A stretch of DNA of 64,000 nt, taken from an uncultured cyanobacterium. GTDB taxonomy: Bacteria > Cyanobacteriota > Cyanobacteriia > Cyanobacteriales > Nostocaceae. Position numbers and translations under genes: made by a program. Below, one piece after another: positions 41,595 to 52,563 of this stretch. The notes below the pieces were generated by a model that saw nothing but the letters and a program-made list of their open reading frames with translations, did no database searches and had not been told where the DNA came from. Position 1 is the stretch's first letter. Each line of letters begins with the position of its first letter. The stretch is from the NCBI GenBank assembly GCA_963740315.1, contig CAVUDP010000004.1, forward strand, positions 256,001 through 320,000, in the 5' to 3' direction.

Positions 41595-42182
41595 ATGCTA
41601 GCCGCATCTAACCAATTATTATGGTCAATGATTGGCTTACTACTAACTATGGGTGGTACCTTCCTTGAAGCCTATATTGCCGCCCTACCTTGGAGTTGGA
41701 GTAACCAAGGAATTCATGCTTTTTCTTTAGGTGTCACCTATCAAATTGGTGGGGTGCTGTTAGTGGGTTGCTTGGGAGGGAAAAATGCTGGTGCGCTTTC
41801 ACAAATTGCCTATTTAGTTATGGGCTTAACTTTGTTACCCGTATTTGCTGACGGTGGCGGTATCGGTTATGTCAAGCTTTCTCAGTTTGGTTATTTACTA
41901 GGTTTTATTCCTGGAGCGTGGATTTGCGGTTTTCTCGCTTTTAAAGCAAGACCAAAATTAGAAACTCTTGCATTTAGCTGCATTTGTGGCTTGTTATCTG
42001 TTCATCTGTGCGGTATTACTTATTTAGTCATAACTTATGCTTTAGGTTGGCAAGGTTCGGAAAATTTATCCTTATTGCAGGCAATACTTAAATATTCATT
42101 GTTTGTATTACCCGGACAGCTAGCTGTAGTCTGTGCCGTCACCGTAATAGCATATGTGCTGCGGCATTTAATGTTTTATTAA
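41595..42182 (+). CDS. bioY: Biotin transporter BioY
   Basis: YLVMGLTLLPVFADGGG, FGYLLGFIPGAW; hydrophobic throughout. Confidence 0.9.
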   Translation: MLAASNQLLWSMIGLLLTMGGTFLEAYIAALPWSWSNQGIHAFSLGVTYQIGGVLLVGCLGGKNAGALSQIAYLVMGLTLLPVFADGGGIGYVKLSQFGYLLGFIPGAWICGFLAFKARPKLETLAFSCICGLLSVHLCGITYLVITYALGWQGSENLSLLQAILKYSLFVLPGQLAVVCAVTVIAYVLRHLMFY

Positions 42183-42453
42183 TTGTTAGTTGTTAGCTAT
42201 TAGTTATTAGTAAAGCGGCGTTAAACTAACTTACTAGTGACGTAACAAACTGGTATGCTCTAAAGGAATAAGCCATTGCTTGCCAGTTTTGTTGCATATG
42301 TACAATAACATGGCGATCGATTTGAGTAAATTTTGTTTTATTGATTTGTGTTTATTGTAAGTCGAGTATGTTTAGCTTTATTGGATGCTCTCAATCGGCG
42401 ATCGCCAGTTAAAGACTAATAATTAATAACTAACAACTAATAATTAATGCCTC

Positions 42454-42930
42454 ATGCGTTTAAAAAATCGCTTCTTTTGGATAACTGCTATTACAGGTTT
42501 TGTCTTAGATCAATTGACAAAATACTGGGTTGTGCAAACTTTTAGTTTGGGAGAAACACAACCATTAATAAGAGATATATTTCACTTTACTTATGTGAGA
42601 AATACTGGGGCTGCTTTTAGTCTCTTCTCCGGAAAAGTAGAGTGGTTGCGCTGGCTATCTTTATTAGTAAGTCTGGGATTGATCGCCTTAGCTTTATTTA
42701 GTCCGGTTTTACTTAGTTGGGAGCAATGGGGATACGGTTTAATTTTAAGTGGGGCTATGGGCAACGGTATCGATCGGTTTGTCTTAGGTTACGTTATAGA
42801 TTTTCTCGATTTTCGACTAATTAATTTTCCAGTATTTAATTTGGCAGATGTATTTATTAATATTGGTATTGCCTGCTTAATTATTTCCTCTTTTCAAAAA
42901 ACGCCCTCAAATCATCGATCTTCGCGATAG
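42454..42930 (+). CDS. lspA: Lipoprotein signal peptidase II
   Basis: LDQLTK, NTGAAFS, GAMGNGIDR, VIDF, FPVFNLAD. Confidence 0.96.
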   Translation: MRLKNRFFWITAITGFVLDQLTKYWVVQTFSLGETQPLIRDIFHFTYVRNTGAAFSLFSGKVEWLRWLSLLVSLGLIALALFSPVLLSWEQWGYGLILSGAMGNGIDRFVLGYVIDFLDFRLINFPVFNLADVFINIGIACLIISSFQKTPSNHRSSR

Positions 42931-42972
42931 ACATTTTAAATTTTAAATTTTAGATTTTAGAACCCACAAAAA

Positions 42973-43020
42973 AAGTTCTGGATACCTATTAGAGCAGCCA
43001 GAACTTACTTTTTTTTTCTT
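42973..43020. terminator. Probably bidirectional terminator between lspA and 43071..44126
   Basis: aagttctgg...ccagaactt stem with an A-tract before and a T-tract after. Confidence 0.6.
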
Positions 43021-43070
43021 CTTATTCTTCTTCTTAATTTTCTACTAAGTTTGGTATTGAATCTTAACTT

Positions 43071-44126
43071 TTATTGAGGAGCTAATATCTTTGCTCCATC
43101 TTCTTCACTAGGAGTTGTTTCTTCAGTATTAGAGGAGTCGGAATCGGGAAGAGTTGTTTCTCCTGGCTGATTCATGTTGTTAGGGGAATCAGAATCAGGA
43201 GTTACGCTACCAGGCATTGGAGTGATGTTTATGGGAGCATCATCAACGCTTGGGGTTACTTCTTCTTCAGGAGTTATGCTACCTGGCATTGGAGTGATGT
43301 TTATGGGAGCATCATCAACGCTAGGGGTTGCTTCTTCTTCAGGAGTTACGCCATCAGGCATTGGAGTGATGTTTGTAGGAGCATCATCAACGTTAGGGGT
43401 TACTTCTTCTTCAGGAGTTATGCTACCTGGCATTGGAGTGATGTTTGTAGGAGCATCATCAACGCTAGGGGTTACTTCTTCTTCAGGAGTTATGCTACCA
43501 GGCATTGGAGTGATGTATGTAGGAGCATCATCAACGCTTGGGGTTACTTCTTCAGGAGTTGTACCAGGCATTGGAGTCATGTTTGTGGGAGTATCATCTT
43601 CTTCAGGAGTTACGCTACCAGGCATTGGAGTGATGTTTGTAGGAAGATCATCAACGCTAGGGATTGCTTCAGGAGTTACGCCACCAGGCATTGGAGTTAC
43701 GCCTTCTGGATTTGTACCTGGAAGAGGTGCGCCCGGTATTGGGGTTAAGCCTTCTGGAGTTGTACCTGGAAAAGGTGCGTCTGGTGCTGGAGTTACGCCT
43801 TCAGGAGAAGAATCTGGAAGAGGTGCGTCTGGTGCATCAATAGTATTTTCTGGGGAAGTGCTGTCTTCATTCGAGGGTGTTGCAGCGTTAGCGCCGGAGC
43901 AGCGGGAATTCAACGGGAAACGGGCACATAAAATTTCCATTGCATCTGGCGAAAGTTTTTCTTCCGCAGCTGCAACAATAGTGTCATCCGATTCTGAAAC
44001 TCTTGTTGGTTCTTCGCGCTCTGGAAAGTCTCGGCTAGGAAATTTAGTAGATTGAGCAACGGCAACAGTACTACTTAATGCTAAAGTCAAAGCTGTGCCA
44101 ATAAAGGTTAAAAATTTGCCCTTCAT
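43071..44126 (-). CDS. Secreted acidic Pro/Thr-rich repeat protein
   Basis: Signal peptide (AVA|Q), ILCARFPLNSRC disulfide motif, then TPMPG-containing repeats. Confidence 0.85.
   Translation of the reverse strand: MKGKFLTFIGTALTLALSSTVAVAQSTKFPSRDFPEREEPTRVSESDDTIVAAAEEKLSPDAMEILCARFPLNSRCSGANAATPSNEDSTSPENTIDAPDAPLPDSSPEGVTPAPDAPFPGTTPEGLTPIPGAPLPGTNPEGVTPMPGGVTPEAIPSVDDLPTNITPMPGSVTPEEDDTPTNMTPMPGTTPEEVTPSVDDAPTYITPMPGSITPEEEVTPSVDDAPTNITPMPGSITPEEEVTPNVDDAPTNITPMPDGVTPEEEATPSVDDAPINITPMPGSITPEEEVTPSVDDAPINITPMPGSVTPDSDSPNNMNQPGETTLPDSDSSNTEETTPSEEDGAKILAPQ
43200..43700 (-). repeat. 72-bp coding tandem repeat (SVDDAPTNITPMPGSITPEEEVTP) with shorter degenerate units
   Basis: ggcattggagtgatg recurs at 72-bp spacing from about 43213 to 43501. 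Confidence 0.85.
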
Positions 44127-44576
44127 AATTATTCACTCCTCAAAAATAATGCCTCAGCCCATTTAATCAAACAAATGACTTTATAAAATCTGTCTAAATG
44201 GTGATGTCTATTTTTAAATTTATATATGTATTAACTTAAAAATGTAAAATTTTAATCATTCGTTTACAATTTGTTAGTTGATATATACGTATATTCTTTG
44301 TGTTGCTTTATTAGCGTATGAAGCCCAAAAGCATTAACACGCAAATACTGGAAAACAATCAAGTCATGACGTATCAATCAACTACAACTGTTATATAGCG
44401 ATCGAAACAACCGTACAAGCAATCAAAGCTAAGTACAGTTTTTGTATCATATACACATTGGAACAATTCCGTATTGCTAAACTTCATATATTCTTATGAT
44501 TAGAATGATGAAATAACAGCATTTTAGGGCAGCATTTTGCTCGATTATCAAATAATAACCGTGGTGTGAATAGCCC

Positions 44577-46844
44577 ATGAGTTCTCCGCAACCCCCCAAA
44601 AAGCCACAAACTTTGCTTGGTCAACTGACTCAAGCAGTTCAAACAATTCAAGCTCGGGTTGATTTTTCCAAGCTGGCGCTCAAGCCTAATGCCAGAGTTC
44701 CAGAACTATGGGTACAGGAGGCTGGAGCAACGAACGCTCAAATGTATCCCTTGCTTGGCGATCGCTATACGATCGGTCGCAGTTCCAAATCCTGCGATAT
44801 AGTTGTCCGAAATCCGGTTGTCAGCCAAATCCATTTGTCGTTATCGCGAGATTCGTCTGAACGCAAGCCGGTTTTTGTCATTAAAGATGAAAAGTCAACT
44901 AATGGCATTTATCGAGGTAAGCGTCGGATTGAATCTTTGGAATTGCGTCATGGTGATGTTCTGACTTTAGGACCACCCGAACTTGCTGCTTCGGTACGTT
45001 TACAATACGTAGATCCCCCACCGCTTTATGTCAAAGCTGCGACTTGGGGAGGGTTAGGAGTAGCCGGTATCAGCGCCTTACTATTAATGGTAATTGGTAT
45101 AGAATGGCTGAAATTTTCCGTGCGACCTTTACCCGCAGCGACTCAAGGTCCAGTAGTCGTTTACGCTGGTGATGGTGAAACACCCCTGCAAGAACCTCGA
45201 ACTACTACTCATGTAGATTTGAAAAAATTGTCCGATTTTGGACCTTACTTACCTTCAGCAATAGTTGCTTCGGAAGATAGCCGTTTTAATTGGCATTTCG
45301 GTGTTGACCCTTATGGTATTTTACGAGCCGTATTTATCAATACCCGTAGTGGTGATGTTCAACAAGGTGCTAGTACGGTTACTCAGCAAGTAGCTCGTAG
45401 TTTATTCCGAGATTATGTAGGTAGACAGGATTCTCTAGGACGCAAAGTACGCGAAGCAATTGTATCTTTAAAGTTAGAAACGTTTTACAGTAAAGACGAT
45501 ATTTTACTTAGTTACCTCAACCGGGTTTACTTAGGTGTAAATACTTCAGGCTTTGAAGATGCAGCGCGGTATTATTTTGACAAGTCAGCTAAAGAGTTAA
45601 CAGCAACAGAATCTGCTACTTTGGTGGGAATTTTACCAGCTCCTAACGGTTTTAATTTCTGCGGCGATACTCAAAGCAAGCGTAGAATTATATACTATCG
45701 CAACCGCGTGTTAAGGCGAATGCGCGAGATGGGCGATCTCAAACAAGATGAGTATAATCGCGCCAGACGTTCGCCGGTTGAAGTTAGCTCTAAGGTTTGC
45801 GAGCGTCAAGCTAAAAGAATTGCTCCTTATTTTTACAGTTATGTATTTAACGAGCTTGAATTTATCTTGGGAAAAGATTTAGCGGCTGAAGGAAATTTTA
45901 TTATTGAAACTCAGTTAGACCCAAAAATTCAAGCTGAAGCTGAAACGGAATTAACGAAGCATATCAAAAATGCTGGAGCAAGTTTTGGTTTTTCTCAAGG
46001 AGCTGTGGTTACTCTTGATTCGAGTACGGGTGGTATTTTAGCAATGGTTGGAGGTAACGATTATGCAACTAGTCAATTTAATCGCGCCTTTCAAGCAAAA
46101 AGACAACCCGGTTCCACTTTTAAAATTTTCCCATACACAGCTGCGATCGAAAAAGGAATTTCAACGGGAAAAAGCTATAGCTGTACTTCTGTAAGTTGGC
46201 AAGGTATTAGGTATAAGCCCTGTAGAAGTGGTGCTGGTTCCTTAACGCTTTCTACCGGATTTGGTCTTTCGGAAAACCCAATTGCTTTGCGAGTTGCTCA
46301 AGATGTTGGGCTGGATAATGTGGTTAAAATGGCAAAACGTTTGGGAGTACGTTCGGAATTAAACCCAGTTCCAGGCTTAATATTAGGGCAAAGCGAAACC
46401 ACCGTGTTAGAAATGACCGGAGCCTTCGCCGCCGTTAGTAATAGAGGTGTATGGAATCGTCCCCACGCCATCAAAAGAATTCTTGACAGCAGCGACTGTC
46501 GCGATCGCGATGATTTGACAACCTGTCGCGTCATTTATTCTTTTAATCAAGATCGAGAAGCCAATAAGCGAGTTTTGAGAACTGGAGTAGCCAATACAAT
46601 GATTGGTTTAATGCGTCAAGTAGTCGAAAGTGGTACGGGACGCAGTGCCGCTATCGGATTTGGAGAAGGTGGAAAAACTGGCACCACAGACAAAAACGTT
46701 GACTTGTGGTTTATCGGGTTTATTCCCAGTCGGCGACTTGCTACAGGTATTTGGTTAGGAAACGATAACAATTCTCCCACAAATGGTAGCAGCGCTCAAG
46801 CCGCTCAATTATGGGGAAGTTATATGGGTAAAGTTGTGAGATAA
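44577..46844 (+). CDS. FHA-domain-containing class A penicillin-binding protein (PBP1A family)
   Basis: FHA (IGRSS..VSQIH..STNG), TM helix, glycosyltransferase (SEDSRF, QGASTVTQQ, RKVRE), transpeptidase (PGSTFK, SEN, GKTGTT). Confidence 0.93.
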   Translation: MSSPQPPKKPQTLLGQLTQAVQTIQARVDFSKLALKPNARVPELWVQEAGATNAQMYPLLGDRYTIGRSSKSCDIVVRNPVVSQIHLSLSRDSSERKPVFVIKDEKSTNGIYRGKRRIESLELRHGDVLTLGPPELAASVRLQYVDPPPLYVKAATWGGLGVAGISALLLMVIGIEWLKFSVRPLPAATQGPVVVYAGDGETPLQEPRTTTHVDLKKLSDFGPYLPSAIVASEDSRFNWHFGVDPYGILRAVFINTRSGDVQQGASTVTQQVARSLFRDYVGRQDSLGRKVREAIVSLKLETFYSKDDILLSYLNRVYLGVNTSGFEDAARYYFDKSAKELTATESATLVGILPAPNGFNFCGDTQSKRRIIYYRNRVLRRMREMGDLKQDEYNRARRSPVEVSSKVCERQAKRIAPYFYSYVFNELEFILGKDLAAEGNFIIETQLDPKIQAEAETELTKHIKNAGASFGFSQGAVVTLDSSTGGILAMVGGNDYATSQFNRAFQAKRQPGSTFKIFPYTAAIEKGISTGKSYSCTSVSWQGIRYKPCRSGAGSLTLSTGFGLSENPIALRVAQDVGLDNVVKMAKRLGVRSELNPVPGLILGQSETTVLEMTGAFAAVSNRGVWNRPHAIKRILDSSDCRDRDDLTTCRVIYSFNQDREANKRVLRTGVANTMIGLMRQVVESGTGRSAAIGFGEGGKTGTTDKNVDLWFIGFIPSRRLATGIWLGNDNNSPTNGSSAQAAQLWGSYMGKVVR

Positions 46845-46998
46845 AAATATTGAGTTAGGAATTAGGAGTAATCAAGGTCAAAGGTTAAAGGTTAAAGGTT
46901 AAAGGTCAAAGGTCTGCATGTTAAAATTCTTTTTATCTCCTTGTCCCTTTGTCCCCTTTTCCCCTTGTCTCCCCATCTCCTCCATCTCCTTGTCCCAA

Positions 46999-48417
46999 TT
47001 AACGGTATCCCTGCCAAGGTGTAACTTCCACTTCTCCACCGGGTTTAAATTCAACTTGAAATTGAGCTACTTGTTCTTTCTCTGCTGCATTTTTAGTATT
47101 ATCGCCTTGAAATAACTTGGGAATAGGCGTTTGTCGGAAATTTTCAAAGGCAGCTTTGTTTAAGGGTTCGTAATCGGCAATACTTCCATTTTGTCGAAGC
47201 GCTACTCGGTATTTCAAATCTTCCTTATAAGTCGCATTACTCCCCGAATTCTGACGAAGAGTTTCGGATAGTTTTTGGTTTAAATTAGAAACCGTGCTTT
47301 GGTCGGTAATGTTTGTCCCTATATTATCGGACTTATTAACGTATCCTAACCAGGGACTTACTTCCAAGACTCCCGATTCTCTAAAAACTACTTTAAATTG
47401 AGCAATCGGTTCGTTAGCGATCGCACTGTTGTTAGCAGGGTTATAAAGTAATGTCGGTAGGGGAGTTTTTTCAATAGCGGTGTTGGCTGTTTGGTCTATT
47501 GCTTTGTAACCGATAATCGCACCATCGCCAGCTACGCCCAGACGATAAACTGCTTCAGATGGCAAATCCTGACGATTCTTCCAAGCTTGATTGAGTTGTT
47601 GGTATACTTGAGAGTTCAACTTACGCAATCGCGATGCATTTTTGATTTCGGGAACTGAACCAACAAGTTTTTCTAAGTCCCTAACTACTGGGGATGTTCC
47701 CGGAGATTGCGTTGCCGGATCTGGGCTAACAGTCGTGTTGGGTGCGGTGGTAGGTTGAGTATCAGGATTAACAGCAGCAGTAGTAGAATTGGACTTTTCA
47801 CCGACTTCCACTGGTTGTCTAATCGGTGGCGCTGGCATTAAATTAAAAGCGATCGCAGCGGCAGCTAAACTGGTAAGTCCAACAGTTGCCGGTACTGCTT
47901 GTTCTAAGACTGCACCACTAACAGCACCATGTCGCCGAGCAACTGGTTGTAGTTCGAGCGTCAATTCTGGTAAAGTTTGAGTATCGGCAAAAAACTGATC
48001 TACTGCTTCTACCAAATCGAACAACTCTACTGAATTTAAATCAACTTCAACTGTCTGTTTGGCATTGCCACCATTATTTATATTCTCTTGAGCAATGTCA
48101 GAACGCACGCGCAATTTGTGTAGATTATTGTTAATTGTTTCTAGCTGTACTAATTCCGACTCGGAGTTATGGGCTTGTGGGTTAGAAACATTACTCAAAA
48201 ATTCTTGAGCATAGGCGCTGACTGCTCTTACCAAACTTTCAAAAAATTCCCTACCACCCGTTAAAGTCTGAGTATAACCAGATAAAGTGCATTCTGCATT
48301 TACCAAAATAGACAGTTCCGGGCGCATTTCCTGAAACTGTGTTGTTCTCGAAGCGTCGCTTAAACCTTCTAAAAGCAGCGTGCAATTAGGTAAACTATAC
48401 TTACGTTGAATATTCAT
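46999..48417 (-). CDS. DUF4335 domain protein with duplicated C-terminal domain
   Basis: RKYSLPNCTLLLEG, LFDLVEAVDQF; two A.F.V.F...G..EV.PW modules. Confidence 0.85.
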   Translation of the reverse strand: MNIQRKYSLPNCTLLLEGLSDASRTTQFQEMRPELSILVNAECTLSGYTQTLTGGREFFESLVRAVSAYAQEFLSNVSNPQAHNSESELVQLETINNNLHKLRVRSDIAQENINNGGNAKQTVEVDLNSVELFDLVEAVDQFFADTQTLPELTLELQPVARRHGAVSGAVLEQAVPATVGLTSLAAAAIAFNLMPAPPIRQPVEVGEKSNSTTAAVNPDTQPTTAPNTTVSPDPATQSPGTSPVVRDLEKLVGSVPEIKNASRLRKLNSQVYQQLNQAWKNRQDLPSEAVYRLGVAGDGAIIGYKAIDQTANTAIEKTPLPTLLYNPANNSAIANEPIAQFKVVFRESGVLEVSPWLGYVNKSDNIGTNITDQSTVSNLNQKLSETLRQNSGSNATYKEDLKYRVALRQNGSIADYEPLNKAAFENFRQTPIPKLFQGDNTKNAAEKEQVAQFQVEFKPGGEVEVTPWQGYR

Positions 48418-49040
48418 TCCACTTCACCATCAAAAAGACTAATCCAGAAGCGCTGCATTCCGGCTGTTCCCGTACAGAAAAGTAACTGTGATAATAGATT
48501 TATAGCTAGTTCGTTTAGTTTCTCATCGGAATTAAGTCCCATTAATGCAGAACGTCTCTTATTCATACGGCTGCGGAAATGCGCTCGGAATCTTTCCAAA
48601 TAATTAGAAAGACGCAAATTTTGTTCCAAAGGAATCTGCTTTTGTGCCATCTGCTGATTTATCATTAACAATTGACGAATAACAACTATTAATCGTCTAG
48701 CTAAATAGCAGGCAATAACCACCAAAGCTTTTGCTTCCATAATGGTTAAAGGTCGGCGAATATTAGCTCTACGTAAAGGGTTAGTACTACGCATTCGCCA
48801 CAAATTTACCCGATCTTTGATAATTCCTTTCAGATCCAATTCTTGAGCAAATGCCAAAATGGCTTCACTGCCACCAAGATCCAAAGCTTCAATTGCAAGT
48901 AAAATCAGGTCTATTTGTTGTCTGGTTCGTCGGGGACATCCCTGTCCCTCTATAGCGGGGTCGGGAAGCGTGTCCAAAATCATGGGCAAATCTTGTTCTG
49001 CCAGATTGTTGAACGGCGTTAAAGGAGCGGAGACATTCAT
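48414..49040 (-). CDS. DUF3038 family protein
   Basis: IDLILLAIEAL, RVNLWRMRSTNPLR, YLERFRAHFRSRMN, GMQRFWISLFDGE; 4-bp overlap with the DUF4335 gene. Confidence 0.85.
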   Translation of the reverse strand: MNVSAPLTPFNNLAEQDLPMILDTLPDPAIEGQGCPRRTRQQIDLILLAIEALDLGGSEAILAFAQELDLKGIIKDRVNLWRMRSTNPLRRANIRRPLTIMEAKALVVIACYLARRLIVVIRQLLMINQQMAQKQIPLEQNLRLSNYLERFRAHFRSRMNKRRSALMGLNSDEKLNELAINLLSQLLFCTGTAGMQRFWISLFDGEVE

Positions 49041-49706
49041 TTATGAGTTCCTTATAGGGCTGCTGTCCTAAAAATAACGGTAAAATTAATTAAACAATGC
49101 TAACGTTGGGCAAAGTATGTTGGTATATGGCAGTAATCCAACTGCCTGATATATACATTAATTACTATGATGATATCCAAGCTTTCCGTATACCGAAAAT
49201 CGAAGTTTTAAAGCATTTTTATTTCACCTTTCTGAAAATGGTAGTACAATTACAATCCATTATTTTAATTTAGATTCCAATATTCGTTGGTTTAATGACA
49301 TATTCAAAGCATATTGGGCTATCACGTTTGCCAGACAAAACGCATTAGCTCCACTATAGCCTAAACCTTTACGGGGGCGACTTTACAGCTAACGCCAACA
49401 ATTTGTAGCAATAACATCCGGAATGAATATACTTAAAGACTATAAACGGGGGCGAGTATTAACTTTATAGCAATTTTGTAGTCAATTCAATTATTTTGCC
49501 GCGACTGTTGGAGTAAAGTCATTTGTAAGAATACTGATTTACTAGCTTTTAAGCCACAATCAATATTAAAAGCAAAATATGTTAAATCGGGGGCAATAGA
49601 CTTTTATGCTTAATATAGTAAATTAATAAACGTCTAACAGTCAGTTTTCCCTAACTAAATTGTTGGGTAGCTAACGGGACTGTGCTAATTGTGACTCTTC
49701 TATATT

Positions 49707-50225
49707 ATGGATTTGAAATCTTTAATTCGCGACATTCCCGATTTCCCTAAACCCGGCATTTTATATCGAGATATCACTACTTTGCTGCGCGATGCCCAAG
49801 GATTAAAATACACCATTGACTTATTTACGCAAAAATGTATTGATGCTGGGATGACAGCAGATTTTGTAGTAGGGATGGAGTCACGAGGATTCATTTTTGG
49901 GGCACCTTTAGCTTATAAATTAGGAGCAGGTTTTATTCCCGTTCGTAAAAAAGGTAAATTACCAGCGCCGATTCATTCTATTGAATATGCACTAGAGTAT
50001 GGTACGGATTGTTTAGAAGTGCATCAGGATGCTTTGCAACCGGGAAGCAGAGTTTTAATCGCTGACGATTTAATTGCTACAGGTGGAACAGCTTGTGCTA
50101 CAGCCGAACTTATTCAAAAGGTAGGCTGTGAATTAGTCGGATTTGCCTTTATCATCGAGCTACAAGAATTACAAGGACGTAAAAAATTACCAGACGTGCC
50201 GATTGTAACTCTTGTTGAATATTAA
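49707..50225 (+). CDS. apt: Adenine phosphoribosyltransferase
   Basis: [40 protein letters not shown]. Confidence 0.97.
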   Translation: MDLKSLIRDIPDFPKPGILYRDITTLLRDAQGLKYTIDLFTQKCIDAGMTADFVVGMESRGFIFGAPLAYKLGAGFIPVRKKGKLPAPIHSIEYALEYGTDCLEVHQDALQPGSRVLIADDLIATGGTACATAELIQKVGCELVGFAFIIELQELQGRKKLPDVPIVTLVEY

Positions 50226-50380
50226 GTCAGTGACCAGTGACTAGTGAACAGTGAACAGTGAACAGTGAACAGTAACCAGTTAGGAGTTAGGAGTTAGGAG
50301 TTAGGAGTTAGGAGTTTGTGAACTTTGATCTTTGACCTTATTACTTTAACCTTATTACTTTAACCTTATTACTTTAATCT
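50226..50380. repeat. STRR tracts (cagtgaa, ttaggag, three 14-bp ccttattactttaa)
   Basis: Read directly. Confidence 0.85.
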
Positions 50381-51430
50381 ATGACTGCAACAACCTCAAA
50401 AAGCTTTTGGGAATCAAGTCGAGATTCGTTAGTTGGAATAGTTACTAGCGAAACATTTCTTTATGTTATCAAGCGACTATTGCAAGCGTTGCTGACGATT
50501 TTTTTAGCTTCGATAGTTTCTTTTGTAATTATTCAATTTGCTCCAGGTGATTATTTAGATAATTTGCGGCAAAATCCCAAAATTTCCCCAGAACGAATTT
50601 TGCAACTCCAACAACAGTTTGGTTTGGATAAACCTTGGCACATACAATATTTCCTGTGGCTGTGGCGAATTATTTCCAAGGGAGATTTTGGAACAAGTTT
50701 TGTCTATCAGCGTTCTGTAGCTTCACTGATTTGGGAACGAGTACCGGCGACTTTACTTTTAGCTATTACTTCTTTGATTTGCACTTGGGCGATCGCAATT
50801 CCTTTGGGTATCATCGCTGCTGTAAAACAAAACCAGGCTACTGACAGGATTTTACAAGTAATTAGTTATGCCGGACAAGGCTTTCCCAGCTTTATTACAG
50901 CTTTGTTGTTGCTGATTTTTGCTCAAATTACTGCTCCTCTGTTCCCGGTAGGAGGTATGACAAGCATTTATCATGCCGAACTTTCGCCTTTAGGAAAAGT
51001 TATTGATATTCTTTGGCATATGATTTTACCTACCATTGCTTTGAGTATCACTAGTTTTGCTGGATTGCAGCGGATTACTCGCGGGGAATTGTTGGATGTA
51101 TTGCGTCAAGATTACATTCAAACAGCCCGCGCCAAAGGATTACCAGAAAATCGCGTTATCTACGTTCACGCTCTCCGCAATGCCATCAATCCATTAATTA
51201 CCTTATTAGGTTTTGAATTATCAGCTTTATTAAGTGGTGCTTTTATTGCCGAATTTTTCTTTAATTGGCCCGGTTTGGGTAGATTAACTTTGCAAGCAGT
51301 AAGCTCTCAAGATTTATATGTATTAATGGCTAGTTTGATCATGGGCGCTGTACTATTAATTGTTGGTAATTTAATAGCAGACTTATTACTTAAAGTCGCC
51401 GATCCTCGGATTACTTTAGGAAAGTCATGA
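50381..51430 (+). CDS. Peptide/nickel-type ABC transporter permease (OppB/DppB family)
   Basis: APGD, FGLDKP, GDFGTS, DYIQTARAKGL, HALRNA, FNWPGLG, DPRI. Confidence 0.93.
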   Translation: MTATTSKSFWESSRDSLVGIVTSETFLYVIKRLLQALLTIFLASIVSFVIIQFAPGDYLDNLRQNPKISPERILQLQQQFGLDKPWHIQYFLWLWRIISKGDFGTSFVYQRSVASLIWERVPATLLLAITSLICTWAIAIPLGIIAAVKQNQATDRILQVISYAGQGFPSFITALLLLIFAQITAPLFPVGGMTSIYHAELSPLGKVIDILWHMILPTIALSITSFAGLQRITRGELLDVLRQDYIQTARAKGLPENRVIYVHALRNAINPLITLLGFELSALLSGAFIAEFFFNWPGLGRLTLQAVSSQDLYVLMASLIMGAVLLIVGNLIADLLLKVADPRITLGKS

Positions 51431-51588
51431 ACAATTATCAATGAACATTCACCGTTCACCCGCCAGGGTGCGGCTCAGGTGGGAGGTATATCAATGAACA
51501 ATTATCAATTAATAATTGGTATTACTCCTAACTTCTAACTCCTAACTCCTAACTGTTCACTGCTCACTGCTCACTGCTCACTGTTCTT

Positions 51589-51873
51589 ATGTTATCAGAA
51601 ACCTATTATTTAATCAGATCAAAAGCTAATGGTCGTTATTTAGCAGCACATCCGAATGAAGATGATGTATCTAATTTTGTGCTGCTGTTTCGCGAAAATT
51701 TTGATGCTTTGAGCTATATCAATACTCATGCTGGCGATTTAGCAAATCGGCTTGGTGTAGAAACTATTTCAGGTACTAATCTAAAAACTGTACTTCAACG
51801 ATGGAGTTTTAATGGTGTGGGTATTGTTACCGATCCTTTATTGCCTAAAATCGAATTTTTATTACAAAGTTAG
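51589..51873 (+). CDS. Conserved cyanobacterial hypothetical protein
   Basis: Clean ORF; LLFRENFDALSYINTHA, DPLLPKIEFL. Confidence 0.75.
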   Translation: MLSETYYLIRSKANGRYLAAHPNEDDVSNFVLLFRENFDALSYINTHAGDLANRLGVETISGTNLKTVLQRWSFNGVGIVTDPLLPKIEFLLQS

Positions 51874-51898
51874 ATTGATAATTGGTAATTAATAATTG

Positions 51899-52477
51899 TT
51901 AATTGAAAATAAATTGCATATCTAAAATAAAGCCGGGTAAAATATCTTCTCCTGATAAAGTTGCGGGAGAATCTAATATTTCTACTTCTTTTCCTTGACG
52001 ATAAATTTCAACGCGGCGAGTTTTTCGATCGATTAACCAAGCCAATTTTATTCCCGCATCCATATACTCTTGCATCTTTTCTTGAGCATCGCTTAAATAA
52101 TCGGATGGGGACATTAATTCTAAAACGAAATCTGGAGCGATGGGAGGAAATTTTTCTCGCTGTTTTTGACTAAGAGCATTCCATCTTTCTAGTTTTATCC
52201 ATGATACATCTGGAGAGCGATCGCCACCGTTGGGAAGTTTGAAACAGGTGGAAGAATCGAATACAACTCCGAGTTTGGCTTGACGGTTCCAAATCACAAA
52301 ATCTCCAGTCATTGATGCATTATATTTTCCGGTTTCTCCTCCTGTTGGTGACATTACGATTATTTCTCCACATTGGTTACGCTCGAATTTGACATCAGGA
52401 TTGTCCCGACATAGTTGGTAAAATTGATCGTCGGTGAGTTTGACGATGCGATCGAAGTTAATAGTTATAGCCGTCAT
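51899..52477 (-). CDS. Uma2 family (DUF820) putative restriction endonuclease
   Basis: MSPTGGETG, FDSSTCFKLPNG, RSPDVSW, APDFVLELMSPSD, WLID, LSGEDILPGF. Confidence 0.93.
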   Translation of the reverse strand: MTAITINFDRIVKLTDDQFYQLCRDNPDVKFERNQCGEIIVMSPTGGETGKYNASMTGDFVIWNRQAKLGVVFDSSTCFKLPNGGDRSPDVSWIKLERWNALSQKQREKFPPIAPDFVLELMSPSDYLSDAQEKMQEYMDAGIKLAWLIDRKTRRVEIYRQGKEVEILDSPATLSGEDILPGFILDMQFIFN

Positions 52478-52563
52478 GGTTAATAAACACAGACTGGTGT
52501 AGTTTGATTTTAACTTTGTTTGGAGTGCGCCGGGATATCTATAATCTACTTATAGTTATAATT

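Noticed and set aside
43174..44055. 293-aa plus-strand ORF
   Set aside because: Antisense shadow of the repeat protein, which has the signal peptide and RBS.
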